Below are positions 39,091 to 52,569 of a stretch of DNA of 64,000 bases, in pieces. Position 1 is the stretch's first letter. Every line of letters starts with the position of its first letter. Under the pieces are notes generated by a model. The model was not told the origin of the DNA and ran no database searches. It saw nothing but the letters and a program-made list of their open reading frames with translations. This DNA is from Mobula hypostoma (lineage: Eukaryota). The DNA is taken from assembly GCF_963921235.1 (NCBI RefSeq), contig NC_086108.1:39372001-39436000 (forward strand). Reading direction: 5' to 3'. Made by a program: the position numbers and the translations under genes.

Positions 39091-40760
39091 CTAACTACTA
39101 CTACTATGTTGACTCAGGCCTAGAGGGCCAGCATCGGGCACGATGATGGACTCTCCACTTCCCCCTCATCAGTGTGTTCAGTTCATCTACATTAGCCGCG
39201 CCGCTGTCTTCTAGGGGCGTGTTGACCATAGTCTTGGGAAGGCGCCCACGCTTCATCCTCCTGTGCTTGGGCTCCCATATGATGACTAGGCTGGCAGGTA
39301 GCTCGGGGTGGCATAGACAGTGCCCCGCTAGTTGCAGTCTTCTCACCTCGATTTTAGTGGAGAGCATAGGTAGATCGTTATAGAGCTCAACGTTCATCAT
39401 GTGCTGTTGCCAACTCACATCAAGAGCCATCCAGAGCATTCGTGTATAGCAACCATCTCGACACTTCCGCATAGTCTTGGGGAGTGTCCACGTGTCACAT
39501 CATTACGTGAGAATGGACTGTATGACTGCTATGAAAATCCTCTTTTCAAGCCCTCTGGTCAGGTTCGACTTCCAGATTTCCTTCATGTCATTCATAGCCC
39601 TCCACGCCAGCACCTTCCGTATCTTTATGTTCTTCTCCGAACTCATCATTCTTGACCCAAGGTACTTGTAGTCAAAGACTTTCTTAATGGTATCATTCTT
39701 TACGGTCCTTAATGGTATCATTCTTTACGGTCCTGAGATTACCTTCGTCGCAGTTAAATGCTTTTTAGCGTCCAACTTTATTGCACTCAATTTCCACTTT
39801 TGTCAGTAGCTGCTGTGCTTCCTCCATCTGGTCAGAGAGCAGGAGTATGTCATCTGCTAAAATCGAGATCTGTGAGCGTAACTGGTCTGACCCTATTGAT
39901 TCGTCCTGGATTTATGGTAAAACCAAGCTTGTCATGATCTTTGGTAGCTTGACGTAGAGTGTAATCAGGACGATTATAAAGATGTCGGGTGCCAGAGTGT
40001 CTCCTTGCAGCACACCAGCTAGGAGCTCGAACACTGCTGTTTCTCCGTCTGGTGATACAACTTTCGCCATGGTTTTGGTATAGCTGGACTCTATTGCTCT
40101 CAGTAGATGGTCTGGCACTCCATAAGCTTTCAGGATCTTCAGCATTTTACCTCAGTGAATGGAGTCAAAAGCTTTGCGAAAATCGATGTAAGTAAGCACG
40201 GCTGGTAGGTTGTTCTTCTTGACTTCCTCGATGATCCTACGGAGAGAAAGTATTGGCATCACTATTGTGTGCTTCTGCCGTAAACCATTCTGATTGAATC
40301 TTAGCTTAGGGTCAATGGCAGTGCAAATCCTGTTCAAGATCATCCAATTGTATAACTTTGCTAAGGTGCAGGTCAAGCTGATACTTCGGTAGTTATCTGT
40401 CTTCGTGAGGGATCCAGACTTGGGGATTGGGATAATGTTTGAGAGTGACCACTGTTCTGGTATGTCGCCTTTCATCAGTGCCGTATTACATACGTCCAGC
40501 AAGATGTCGTCCAGGTCGCAGTTCTTCAGGGCATCTGGTGGTATCCCATCTGGTCCAGCGCTCCTGCCCCGTTTGAGTGCATATTTGGCCTTCTTCAGTT
40601 CCTCAATGGTGAATGGGCCGTCATCGATGTCGACTTGAGTTAGTATCGTGGGTATATCCTCTTCTTGACCTGATGGGGACATCTTCCGTCTACTGATCTC
40701 ATTGACTAGGCGCCATGCCTCTCCATGCTGCATGTCTTCATTAGCAGCCTCTATCTCTCT
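39091..40760 (-). mobile_element. RTE-type (RTEX-like) LINE, 5'-truncated, (TAG)n tail
   Basis: SAGPDGIPP, DNYRSISLTC, YIDFRKAFDSIH, GVLQGDTLAP, DYKYLGS, RRLQLAGHC; ctactactacta directly after the stop codon. Confidence 0.85.
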
Positions 40761-40939
40761 AATCCATGAGTAAAAGGAGTGAAATTTTGTTTCAGTGATC
40801 CCCACACAGAGGAATGATGTTATAAAATAACTATGGGATAATCTGAAAGGAAAGGTTGAAAAGGGTTATTGTGGACACCACTAAGCAATCCTTTTTACCA
40901 CTGTTACTAAATTACACACAAACTGCTGTTGTTTATTCC

Positions 40940-43165
40940 AGAACATAGAAACATAGAAAACCTACAGCACAATACAGACCCTTCGGCCCACAAAGCTGTG
41001 CTGAACATGTCCCTACATTAGAACTACTGAGGCTTTACCCATAGCCCTCTATTTTTCTAAGCTCCATGTAGCCATCCAGGTGTCTCTTAAAAGACCCTAT
41101 CGTTTCCGCCTCCACCACCGCCTCCGGCAGCTCATTCCACGCACTCACCACTCTCTGAGTAAAAAACTTACTCCTGACATCTCCTCCGTACCTACTTCCA
41201 AGCACCTTAAAACTATGCCCTCTTGTGCTAACCATTTCAGCCCTGGGGAAAAGCCTCTGACTATCCACACGATCAATGCCTCTCATCATCTTATACACCT
41301 CTATCAGGTCACCTCTCATCCTCTGTCGCTCCAAGGAGAAAAGGCCGAGTTCACTGAACCTATTCTTATAAGGCATGCTCCCCAATCTAGGCAACATCCT
41401 TGTAAATCTCCTCTGCACCCTTTCTATGGTTTCCATGTCCTTCCTGTAGTGAGGTGACCAGAATTGAGCACAGTACTCCAAGTGGGATCTGACCAGGGTC
41501 CTATAAAGCTGCAACATTACCTCTCGGCTCTTAAACTCAGTCTTACAATTGATGAAGGCCAATGCACCATATGCCTTCTTAACCACAGAATCAACCTGCA
41601 TAGCAGCTTTGAATGTCCTATGGACTCAGATCCCAAGATCCCTCTGATTCTCCACACTGCCAAGAGTCTTACCATTAATGTTTTATTCTGCCGTCATATT
41701 TGACCTACCAAAATAAACCACCTCGCACTTATCTGGGATGAACTCCATCTGCCACTTCTCAGCCCAGTTTTGCATCCTATCAATGTCCTGTTGTAACCTC
41801 TGACAGCCCTCCACACTATCCACAACACCCCCAACCTTTGTGTCATCAGCAAATTTACTAACCCATCCCTCCACTTCCTCATCCAGGTCATTTATAAAAA
41901 TCACAAAGAGTAGGGGTCCCAGAACAGATCCCTGAGACACACCACTGGTCACCAGCCTCCATGCAGAATATGACCCGTCTACAACCACTCTTTGCCCTCT
42001 GTGGGCAAACCAGTTCTAGATCCACAAAGCAATGTCCCCTTGGATCCCATGCCTCCTTACTTTCTCAATAAGCATTGCATGGGGTACCTTATCAAATGCC
42101 TTGCTAAAATCCATATACACCACATCTACTGCTCTACCTTCATCAATGTGTTTAGTCACATCCTCAAAAAATTCAATCAGGCTCGTAAGATAAAACCTGC
42201 CTTTGACAAAGCTATGCTGACTATCCCTAATCATATTATGCCTCTCCAAAAGTTCATAAATCCTGCTTCTCAGGATCTTCTCCATCAATTTACCAACCAC
42301 TGAAGTAAATCTCACTGGATTATAATTTCCTGGACTATCCCTACTCCCTTTCTTGAATAAAGGAACAACATCCGCAACCCTCCAATCCTCTGGAACCTCT
42401 CCCGTCCCCATTGAAGATGCAAAGATCATTGCCAGAGGCTCAGCAATCCCCTCCCTTGCTTCCCACAGTAGCCTGGGGTACATCCTGTCCGGTCCCGTTG
42501 ATTTATTCATCTTGAGGCTTTCCAAAAGCTCCAGCACATCCTCTTCCTTATATCTACATGCTCAAGCTTTTCGGTCCACTGCAAATCATCCCTACAATCG
42601 CCAAGATCCTTTTCTGTAGTGAATACTGAAGCAAAGTGTTCAATAAGTACCTCTGCTATCTCCTGTGGTTCCAAACGCACTTTTCCACTGTCACACTTGA
42701 TTGATCCTGTTCTCTCATGTCTTATCCTCTTGCTCTTCACATACTTGTAGAATGCCTTGGGGTTTTCCTTAATCCTGTACACCAAGGCCTCCTCATGGCC
42801 CCTTCTGGCTCTCCTAATTTCATCTTAAGCTCCTTCTTGCTAGCCTTATAATCTTCTAGATTCCTAACATTACCTAGTTTTTGAACCTTTCGTAAGCTCT
42901 TCTTTTCTTCTTGACTAGATTTACAACAGTCTTTGTACACCATGGATCTTGTACCTTACCATCCTTTCCATGTCTCATTGAAACATACTTATGCAGAACC
43001 CCATGCAAATATCCCCTGAACATTTGCCACATTTCTTCCTTACGTTTCCCTGAGAATATCTGTTTCCAATTTATGCTTCCAAGTTCCTGTCCGATAGCCT
43101 CATATTTCCCCTAACTCCAATTAAACATTTCCCTAACTTGTCTGTTCCTATCCCTCTCCAATGCA
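40940..43165 (-). mobile_element. CR1 LINE, 2.2-kb 3' portion
   Basis: ENPKAFYKY, YMDFSKAFDKVPH, KFADDTK, FFTQRVVSAWNELP; tail agaacatagaaacataga. Confidence 0.92.
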
Positions 43166-43317
43166 ATTACATGGGATTGTTACTTCCTAGGAATGGCTCA
43201 GAGTATTTAATTTGAGGAGACTTTGAGGAGTGAGGAACAAGGGGCAATTTTGGAGTTCTTCTTGCGGCTCTGCCTTATGCATAAGCCCTCACTGTAACTT
43301 TGGAGTATTGACTACTT

Positions 43318-44060
43318 AGAGTCATAGAGTAACACAGCTTGCAAAGAGGCTGTTTGGCCCAACTGGTTTAAGCAAACCACGGGTTCCCCCCCCTACTCCC
43401 AACTGCCCATTTAATGCTCCAAGCCCTTCCCCTCCATAAACCTATCCAAAAGCCTCTTAAATGTTGCAATTGTACGCGGCTGAACTATTTCCTCAGACAG
43501 CTCATTCCAGGTACTCACTACCCTCGGTGCAAAGAAGCTACCTCCCTTTTAAATCTCTCCCCTCTTACAAGATAATAAGACAGAGGAACAGAATTAAACC
43601 ATTAAACCCATTGAGTCTGCTCTGCCATTTTATCATGGTTGATTTATTTTAACTCTTAACCTCATTCCTCTGTCTTCTCCCGTAACCACTGATGCTCTTA
43701 CTGATAAGAAACATCAATCTCTGCTTTAAATATATCTAATAACTTCGCCTCCCCAGCTATCTGTGGCAATGATTCCACAATTCACCACCCTCCTCATCTA
43801 TGTTTTATTATCAGCAAACTTGCTAATCATGCCAGGTATATTTACATAAATAATGACTAACAGAGACACTGACACTGACCCCAGGGGCACTGTTCTAGAC
43901 ACAGGCCTCCATTTGGAGAATCAACTTTCAATCATCACCCTCTGCTTCCTATCACTGAGCCATTTTTCAATCCACTTTGCTAACTCCTGCTGAATCCCAT
44001 GCAATCTAACTTTACAGATCAGCCTGGCATGTGGGAACGAGTCAAAGGCCTTACTTATGT
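43318..44060 (-). mobile_element. Several old CR1 fragments
   Basis: Tail agagtcatagag; second tail aagataataaga; ctgtggcaatgattccaca; RT piece cagcaaactt..tcaaaggcctt. Confidence 0.65.
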
Positions 44061-44811
44061 CTTACAGTCGGCTATATCCTGAGAAACTAACACTTGGTTT
44101 AAATTGTACGCAACCAATCAATGTTTGTAGCCTGTGACATAGCAACATGCTCTTGCATGGAGAGTTCCTTCAGATAAAATGAAGTGGAGCTGAAGGAAAA
44201 ATATTTTGATGCATCACATGAATTTAGAGAAAGAATTTTTGAAGCACAGGATTTGCATTTCACTACTGTAACACTGGAAGTGTAGTAATATTCACATGTA
44301 TTTTCATTTTTTTAAAATACCATGTAAAATAAATACGATTTGGAACCTGGCCACTTATAAATTCTCTATATGCCATACACACGGCAGTACAGAATGATAA
44401 TTTCACTGCAACATTTGACAGGATGCATCTCTCAGTGGAAGTCCTCTACTAACATGCCTCTGCCTCTACCACCATTTCAAGCAGTGAGTTTCAAATTCCG
44501 ACCATTTTTATCTGATTTTCAAAAACGTTTCTACCGTTCCACAACCTCTTAAAGTCAAATTGGGAAAATACGACAGATTTTAAGATTGATTTAAACCAAT
44601 TAAATACATCAAGAAGAACTAATGACCTTTTCTCTGTTGAGCAATACTAGTAAGAGTGGCTAACTGTGAGAACGTACACTCTATGACAGGAACACGTATC
44701 TGAATAAATCTGTAAACAACAGGAATTCTGCAGATGCTGGAAATTCAAGCAACACACATCAAAGTTGCTGGTGAACGCAGCAGGCCAAGCAGCATCTGTA
44801 GGAAGAGGTGC

Positions 44812-44847
44812 AGTCGACGTTTCAGGCCGAGACCCTTCGTCAGGACT
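44812..44847 (-). ncRNA. Minimal type I hammerhead ribozyme (Penelope-associated), intact
   Basis: AGUC CUGACGA AGG gucucgg CCU GAAA CGUC GACU; stem I AGUC/GACU, stem II AGG/CCU, palindromic ACGU in place of stem III. Confidence 0.88.
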
Positions 44848-45140
44848 AACTGAAGGAAGAGTGAGTAAGGGATTTGAAAGTTGGAAGGGGAGGGGGAGAT
44901 CCAAAATGATAGGAGAAGACAGGAGGGGGAGGGATAGAGCCAAGAGCTGGACAGGTGATAGGCAAAAGGGGATACGAGAGGATCATGGGACAGGAGGTCC
45001 GGGAAGAAAGACAAGGGGGGGTGACCCAGAGGATGGGCAAGAGGTATATTCAGAGGGACAGAGGGAGAAAAAGGAGAGTGAGAGAAAGAATGTGTGCATA
45101 AAAATGAGTAACAGATGGGGTACGAGGGGGAGGTGGGGCC

Positions 45141-48100
45141 TTAGCGGAAGTTAGAGAAGTCGATGTTCGTGCCGTCAGGTTGGAGGCTACCCAGACGGAA
45201 TATAAGGTGTTGTTCCTCCAACCTGAGTGTGGCTTCATCTTTACAGTAGAGGAGGCCGTGGATAGACATGTCAGAATGGGAATGGGATGTGGAATTAAAA
45301 TGTGTGGCCACTGGGAGATCCCGCTTTCTCTGGCGGACAGAGCGTAGATGTTCAGCAAAGCGGTCTCCCAGTCTGCGTTGGGTCTCGCCAATATATAAAA
45401 GGCCACATCGGGAGCACCTGACGCAGTATATCACCCCAGTCGACTCACAGGTGAAGTGTAGCCTCACCTGGAAGGACTGTTTGGGGCCCTGAATGGTGGT
45501 AAGGGAGGAAGTGTAAGGGCATGTGTAACACTTGTTCCGCTTACACGGGTAAGTGCCAGGAGGGAGATCAGTGGGGAGGGATGGGGGGGACAAATGGACA
45601 AGGGAGTTGTGTAGGGAGCGATCACTGCGGAATGCAGAGAGAGGGGGGAGGGAAAGATGTGCTTAGTGGTGGGATCCCGTTGGAGGTGGTGGAAGTTACG
45701 GAGAATAATATATTGGACCCGGAGGCTGGTGGGGTGGTAGGTGAGGACCAGGGAAACCCTATTCCTAGTGGGGTGGCGGGAGGATAGAGTGAGAGCACAT
45801 GTACGTGAAATGGGGGAGATGCGTTTAAGAGCAGAGTTGATAGTGGAGGAAGGGAAGCCCCTTTCTTTAAAAAAGGAAGACATCTCCCTCGTCCTAGAAT
45901 GAAAAGCCTCATCCTGAGAGCAGATGAGGCGGAGACGGAGGAACTGCGAGAAGGGGATGGCGTTTTTGCAAGAGACAGGGTGAGAAGAGGAATAGTCCAG
46001 ATAGCTGTGAGAGTCAGTAGGCTTATAGTAGACATCAGTGGATAAGCTGTCTCCAGAGACAGAGACAGAAAGATCTAGAAAGGGGAGGGAGGTGTCGGAA
46101 ATGGACCAGGTAAACTTGAGGGCAGGGTGAAAGTTGGAGGCAAAGTTAATAAAGTCAACGAGTTCTGCATGCGTGCAGGAAGCAGCGCCAATGCAGTCGT
46201 CGATGTAGCGAAGGAAAAGTGGGGGACAGATACCAGAATAGGCACGGAACATAGATTGTTCCACAAACCCAACAAAAAGGCAGGCATAGCTAGGACCCAT
46301 ACGGGTGCCCATAGCTACACCTTTAGTTTGGAGGAAGTGGGAGGAGCCAAAGGAGAAATTATTAAGAGTAAGGACTAATTCCGCTAGACGGAGCAGAGTG
46401 GTGGTAGAGGGGAACTGATTAGGTCTGGAATCCAAAAAGAAGCGTAGAGCTTTGAGACCTTCCTGATGGGGGATGCAAGTATATAAGGACTGGACATCCA
46501 TGGTGAAAATAAAGTGGTGGGGGCCAGGGAACTTAAAATCATCGAAAAGTTTAAGAGCGTGAGAAGTGTCACGAACATAGGTCGGAAGGGATTGAACAAG
46601 GGGTGATAAAACAGTGTCGAGGTATGCAGAAATGAGTTCGGTGGGGCAGGAGCAAGTTGAGACAATAGGTCGGCCAGGACAGGCAGGTTTGTGGATCTTG
46701 GGTAGGAGGTAGAAACGGGAAGTGCGGGGTGTGGGAACTATAAGGTTGGTAGCAGTGGACGGGAGATCCCCTGAGTGGATAAAGTCAGTGATGGTGTGGG
46801 AGACAATGGCCTGGTGCTCCTTAGTGGGGTCACGATCAAGGGGTAAATAAGAGGAGGTATCCGCGAGTTGTCGCTGTGCCTCGGCAAGGTAGAGGTCAGT
46901 ACGCCAGACTACAACAGCACCCCCCTTATCGGCGGGTTTAATAATAAGGTTAGGATTAGTGTGGAGGGAGTGGAGAGAAGAGCGTTCCGAAGGAGTGAGG
47001 TTGGAATGGGAACAAGGTGCGGTGAAGTCGAGACGGTTGATGTCCCGTCGGCAATTAGCGATAAAGAGATCCAGAGCAGGCAGAAGACCAGAGCGGGGTG
47101 TCCATGAAGAAGAGGAGGGTTGAAGACGGGAGAAGGGGGTCATCGGTGGGGGTGGAAGAGTCCTTGCCGAAGAAGTAGGCTCGGAGACGGAGACGGCGGA
47201 AGAAAAGTTCCGCATCGTGGCGAACACGGAACTCGCTGAGGTGTGGGCGAAGGGGGACCAAGGTGAGGCCCTTACTGAGAACAAAGAGTTCTGCCTCCGA
47301 CAGTTGAAGGTTGGAGGGGATGGTAAAGACCCGGCACGGATGAGAGCTGGGATCAGAGGGGGGAGGGGGGAGGCTGGGGGTGTCAATGGAGAGGGGAGGG
47401 TTGGGGTGAGAGGAAGGTGGAGCCTCTGAGGGCCCAGGAGTTGACGGTGGGATCTGAGGAAGACGGGGCTGCGGAGTGGTGGTGGGGGGAGGGGAGACGG
47501 GAGTCACAACAGCAGCACTTGAAGACCCGGCCTGGAGTTCAAGGCTGGAGTCGCAGTTGGTGGTTGTGCAATCGCTGTGAAGGTGTCCATGGTCGTTGCT
47601 GGAGTCCGGGTTTTGAATATGCCCTGAGGTGTTGGAGCCGGCGAGATCAATGGCAGGAGCCGCAATCTGAAGTTCATGCCTGCTAGTTTCAGGGCCAGCA
47701 GGCTCTGGAGTCCATGGATGTAGGATCTTGCGATCTTTGCCTAACATGACAAAGTCAAAAAAATGGCGATTGCAGGCGTGAATCCGACGGAGGATGAAAT
47801 AACGGGTAGGACCATTACAGATGGCGAAGATAGTGTCCCGAAGGTGTGGAAGGGTCTTGGATAGGGACACCAAGTACCTCCTCATGGCGGAGAGAGTCGC
47901 CTTCAGAGCTTGACGGGAGAAGCGGCGAGAGGCAGAGTCAATAAAATGTGAGTACCTGGGATCCTCAGAAGGTCCAAATTGAGAGGCTTGGAAACGAATC
48001 CTAAAGCCAACTGGAGTAAGTTGGCGACGGAGGCACGTTTCGAGAAAGGATATATGGCTGTGATAGCGAGTCTGAGTCAAAGTGTGGTCGAAAAGTTGAA

Positions 48101-48191
48101 GAGCCGAAGAAATTACAGATGGGGAGCAGTGAGAGATGGTTTCACTGAACTCCCGTTCAAGAGAGGATCTAAACTTCTTCGGTGTAGGCAT
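45141..48191 (-). CDS. Penelope RT/GIY-YIG endonuclease polyprotein with two frameshifts
   Basis: Likely start MPTPKK; KPADKGG, YLLPKIHK, MDVQSLYT, GVAMGTRMGP, RYIDD; GVIYCVRCSRCGLLYIGET..RFAEH..LEEQHLI; frame changes at G-runs 47135-47139 and 45643-45648. Confidence 0.9.
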
Positions 48192-48325
48192 CACCGGAAG
48201 AGGCTTCGCAGTAGTGAATTTAAACGCAAACAACAGGAATTCAGCAGATGCTGGAAATTCAAGCAACACACAACAAAGTTGCTGGTGAACGCCGCAGGCC
48301 AGGCAGCATCTCTAGGAAGAGGTGC

Positions 48326-48361
48326 AGTCGACGTTTCAGGCCGAGACCCTTCGTCAGGGCT
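48326..48361 (-). ncRNA. Minimal hammerhead ribozyme with one stem I mismatch
   Basis: Same motif with AGCC instead of AGUC in the 5' strand of stem I (position 48359). Confidence 0.8.
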
Positions 48362-49375
48362 AACTGAAGGAAGAGTGAGTAAGGGATTTGAAAGTTGGAG
48401 GGGGAGGGGGAGATCCAAAATGATAGGAGAAGACAGGAGGAGGAGGGATAGAGCCGAGAGCTGGACAGGTGATAAGCAAAAGGGGATACGAGAGGATCAT
48501 GGGACAGGAGGTCCGGAAAGAAAGACAAGTGGGGGGGACCCAGAGGATGGGCAAGAGGTATATTCAGAGGGACAGAGGGAGAAAAAGGAGAGTGAGAGAA
48601 AGAATGTGTGCATAAAAATGAGTAACAGATGGGGTACGAGGGGGAGGTGGGTCCTTAGCGGAAGTTAGAGAAGTCGATGTTCATGCTATCAGGTTGGAGG
48701 CTACCCAGACGGAATATAAGGTGTTGTTCCTCCAACCTGAGTGTCTGAGTCCTTCCAGGTGAGGCTACACTTCACCTGTGAGTCGACTGGGGTGATATAC
48801 TGCGTCCGGTGCTCCCGATGTGGCCTTTTATATATTGGCGAGACCCGACGCAGACTGGGAAACCGCTTTGCTGAACATCTACGCTCTGTCCGCCAGAGCA
48901 AGCAGGATCTCCCAGTGGCCACACATTTTAATTCCACATCCCATTCCCATTCTGACATGTCTATCCACGGCCTCCTCTACTGTAAAGATGAAGCCACACT
49001 CAGGTTGGAGGAACAACTATATTCTGTCTGGGTAGCCTCCAACCTGATGGCATGAACATCGACTTCTCTAACATCCGCTAAGGCCCCACTTCCCCCTCGT
49101 ACCCCATCTGTTACTAATTTTTATGCACACATTCTTTCTCTCACTCTCCTTTTTCTCCCTCTGTCCCTCTGAATATACCTCTTGCCCATCCTGTGGGTCC
49201 CCCCCCCCTTGTCTTTCTTCCTGGACCTCCTGTCCCATGATCCTCTCGTATCCCCTTTTGCCTATCACCTGTCCAGCTCTTGGCTCTATCCCTCCCCCTC
49301 CTGTCTTCTCCTATCATTTTGCATCTCCCCCTCCCCCTCCAGCTTTCAAATCCCTTACTCACTCTTCCTTCAGTT

Positions 49376-49411
49376 AGTCCTGACGAAGGGTCTCGGCCTG
49401 AAACGTCGACT
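49376..49411 (+). ncRNA. Minimal hammerhead ribozyme at the outer end of the inverted pseudo-LTR
   Basis: agtc ctgacga agg gtctcgg cct gaaa cgtc gact; predicted cleavage after C49407. Confidence 0.88.
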
Positions 49412-49554
49412 GAATAAATCTGTTTTATTCCCCATCTGTAATGGAACTGTGATGCCCTGAACTGTCTTCTCACCAGAAATGTTATTGAGGGGAGTGCACT
49501 CCAATGTACTTATTGAAATTGTGTACATTCACCTGGAACGTAATAAGATTGTTA

Positions 49555-49815
49555 TTTTATTGAGATACAGTGCCCTTCGAGCCACGCCAACCAGCAATCC
49601 CGCAAATTTAATCCTAGCCTAATCATGGGACAATTTACAACGATCAATTAATCTGCCAACTGGTACGTGTTTGGACTGTGGGAGGAAACCGGAGCACTTG
49701 GAGAAAAGCCATGTGGTCACAGGGAGAACGTACAAACTCCTGACAGGCACTGGCAGGAATTGAACCGGGGTCACAGGTGCTGTAAAGCATTGTGCTAACC
49801 ACTATGGTACTGACC
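49555..49815 (-). mobile_element. HE1/V-SINE-like SINE
   Basis: tttggactgtgggaggaaaccggag; B box complement ggaattgaacc; A box complement gctaaccacta. Confidence 0.8.
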
Positions 49816-50254
49816 CACCCGTTATGCCTCTATAATAGTAAAAATGGAATCAAGCTGCTGAGAAGGATACTGCACAAGGGATGGAGTGAGAGCTGAAGTC
49901 TTATTCAATTTGGCCCACAGTGAATCTCGCAAACTGAAATCAAAAGGAAGGGTTTGCGATTCCTGTTGTTTATCAGCTGCAAAAGGCACAGCAGTCAGAA
50001 AAGATGACCTTGTCCATCACCAAAACCCATACCTCATCAGGTGAATTGACAAATGGGATAGTTCAGAGTTTTTGCAGGGCTTAGCTCATAGCAGAGAATA
50101 GAGAAAAAGGAAAGGGTATCCTGGTGTTAACTATTCTGTGAAGAATCTCTCAACCTCAAGTAAAGGTATTTCACCATAGATATTTTTTATTTACTAAAAA
50201 TTCCTTGTTAGGACATCTGCATAGATGACTGCAATTCAATTACTCAGCATCCCT

Positions 50255-51930
50255 ACCAAATGAGCACAATACATACGAACAGAAGTTCTGTGAACCGACA
50301 CCATCTACCCCGAGAGCTTTGGATGGACCTAAACTCATGGTCACTGTGCCAGAGGTCAGATTAGCCTCTCCGAGCATGAATCCATGGAAAATGACTGGAT
50401 CAGCCATGTTCTCATAGCCTGCGCTGACCAGCTGCTGAGAGAGTTCACAGCAACTTTAAACTTTTAAAATATGAACTTCCCACGAGCTTTAAGACATATA
50501 TCACCCCAATGTGAAAAAAATATAAGGTCATGTGCCTTAATGGCTATTGTCCAGTGGCTCTGATATCCATCATTGTGATGTGATTTGAGAGACTGAACAT
50601 GGGACACATCAACTCTAGAATCCCAGATAACCTCTTCCTACCTCATTCACCCACCACTGAACCTGGTCCATGGTGGATGCCAGCTCACTGGCCTGGAGCA
50701 TCTGGACAATAAAGACACCTATGTTAGAGTGTTGTTTATTGACTATAGCTCCACTTTCAATATTATAATTCCAAACAAACTCATCTCCTGGGACTTGGCA
50801 CATCCCTCTGAAGCTGGATCCTTCATTTCCTGACCATCAGACCACAATCAATAAGAATAAGCAACAACATTTTACAATTATCCTCAACACTGGGGTCCTA
50901 AAAGGCTGTATGTTTAGCCCCTTACTATACTCCCTATAAAGTATGCTCTCTATAAACTCCATTTACAAGTTTTCAGATGACACAACAGTTATCTGTAACA
51001 GTATATTCTGTATTCTTTTCTTTTCATTTTGTCCTACCTCATAATGGGCCTGATCTCTGACAATGATGAGATGAAGTGCAGGAAGGAGATGAGAGGCTGG
51101 TGTCATGCTGTCACAACAACAAACTTTCCCTCACTATCAACAAAACAAAAAAGCTGGTCACTGAATTCAGAAGGTGAGGCAGCACACACACCCTTGTATG
51201 TATTAATGATCTTGAGGTGGAGATAGCTGAGAGTTTCAAAGTCTGAGGTGAAAATATCACCAACAATTTGCTCTGGTCCAATCATGTGGAAGCTATTGCC
51301 AAGAAAGCACACCTATGCTTTCACTTCCTCAGAAAGCTGAAGACGTTTGTCATTTTTCCACTGATCCTTGCCAAATTTAACAGATGCACCATGGAACGTG
51401 TCCTATCTGATTGCTTCACAGCTTGATACAGCATCTGGTCTGCGCAGGACGACAGAAATTGGAGAGTTGTGAATGCAGTCCAGTTCATCACTGTAACATG
51501 CCTCCTCTGGATCAACACTTCTCATTGCTTTGGGAATCAAGAACTTCATCCATACTAGTCATTTGCTCTTCTCTCCCCTCCTACTGGGTTGTAGATTCAA
51601 AAGTTTGAGAACATGATACAGCACCTTGACTACCACCAAGCTCAAGAACAAATTCAATCCCAATGTTATCAGGGTTTTGAATTGACTTCTTATATGCTAA
51701 AGATGAACACCTAATCTCTCAATCTACCTCTTCTTGTTCTTGCACTTTATTTGTTTACCTGCATTGCTATACCTGTAACTGTAACTGTATATTCTGTGGT
51801 TTGCTTTTTTCCCCCCATTTTGTACTAATTCAATGTACTTGCATATGGAATGATCTGTCTGGATGATGTACAAACAAAAGATTTTCACTTCATCTTGGAA
51901 CACATGGAAAAAATAAACCAATATCAATTA
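50255..51930 (+). mobile_element. Degraded Rex1/Babar-like LINE
   Basis: tgtttattgactatagctccactttcaa (FIDYSSTFN), aagttttcagatgacacaac (KFSDDT), typical 3' tail ~51780-51930. Confidence 0.8.
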
Positions 51931-52569
51931 CCAATGACCAATAATTAACAGAGAATGCACTGGTTCTACATTGTATTTTCCTCAGGAAATGCTGGCATTC
52001 ATAATGCATATTAATGGCCATTGGATTTGGAATGGCTGCCAATTACACGTCAATTCTAATATACTATTTTATTTGAACCACCTCATAGCTTCCTTTATTA
52101 CACATTGATTGAAGAGCTTACCCAACAGATATTCCCATTCATAAATGAATTTGAAAGAAAATCTTTGCAATACTAAAAGTAAGCAGCAACAATGCCAATA
52201 ATTATACTGTGAAAATTATTCAGTGTATTAATCAATATGATGCTCATTAGCAAGTAGGTTTAAAGATGTCTACACTACTGAGACTAAAATGACATTTCGA
52301 ATACAACTAAAAACTGGCTAGCATATAAGTAAACATGTCCTCAATTAAACTGTCTGTCATAGAAGGTCAGTAAATAGCTATATTGCTCATCTGAATTTTA
52401 TTGTCTGTGGTTTTCAGACTTTCACACATTCAACAAAGGCGCAAGGAAGTTACTGGCAATATATTAACAATACTGAGAAAATCATAATTTTGAATTTGCC
52501 AAATTAAGGCAAATAATCACGAGGACTTTAATGATTCGTGCATAAAGTTTGAAAACAAAGTAAACAAAT

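Larger units (their letters stand above)
44714..49409 (-). mobile_element. Young near-intact Penelope-like element with direct and inverted pseudo-LTRs and 14-bp TSD
   Basis: TSD ctgaataaatctgt at 44700-44713 and 49410-49423; direct repeats 44714-~45230 and ~48227-48743; inverted copy ~48747-49409; RT plus GIY-YIG ORF. Confidence 0.95.

Noticed and set aside
47979..48668. 229-aa plus-strand ORF and similar recurring short ORFs (16001, 44745, 44765, 48259, 49182)
   Set aside because: Antisense or UTR readings of the Penelope pseudo-LTR; they recur only because the repeat recurs.
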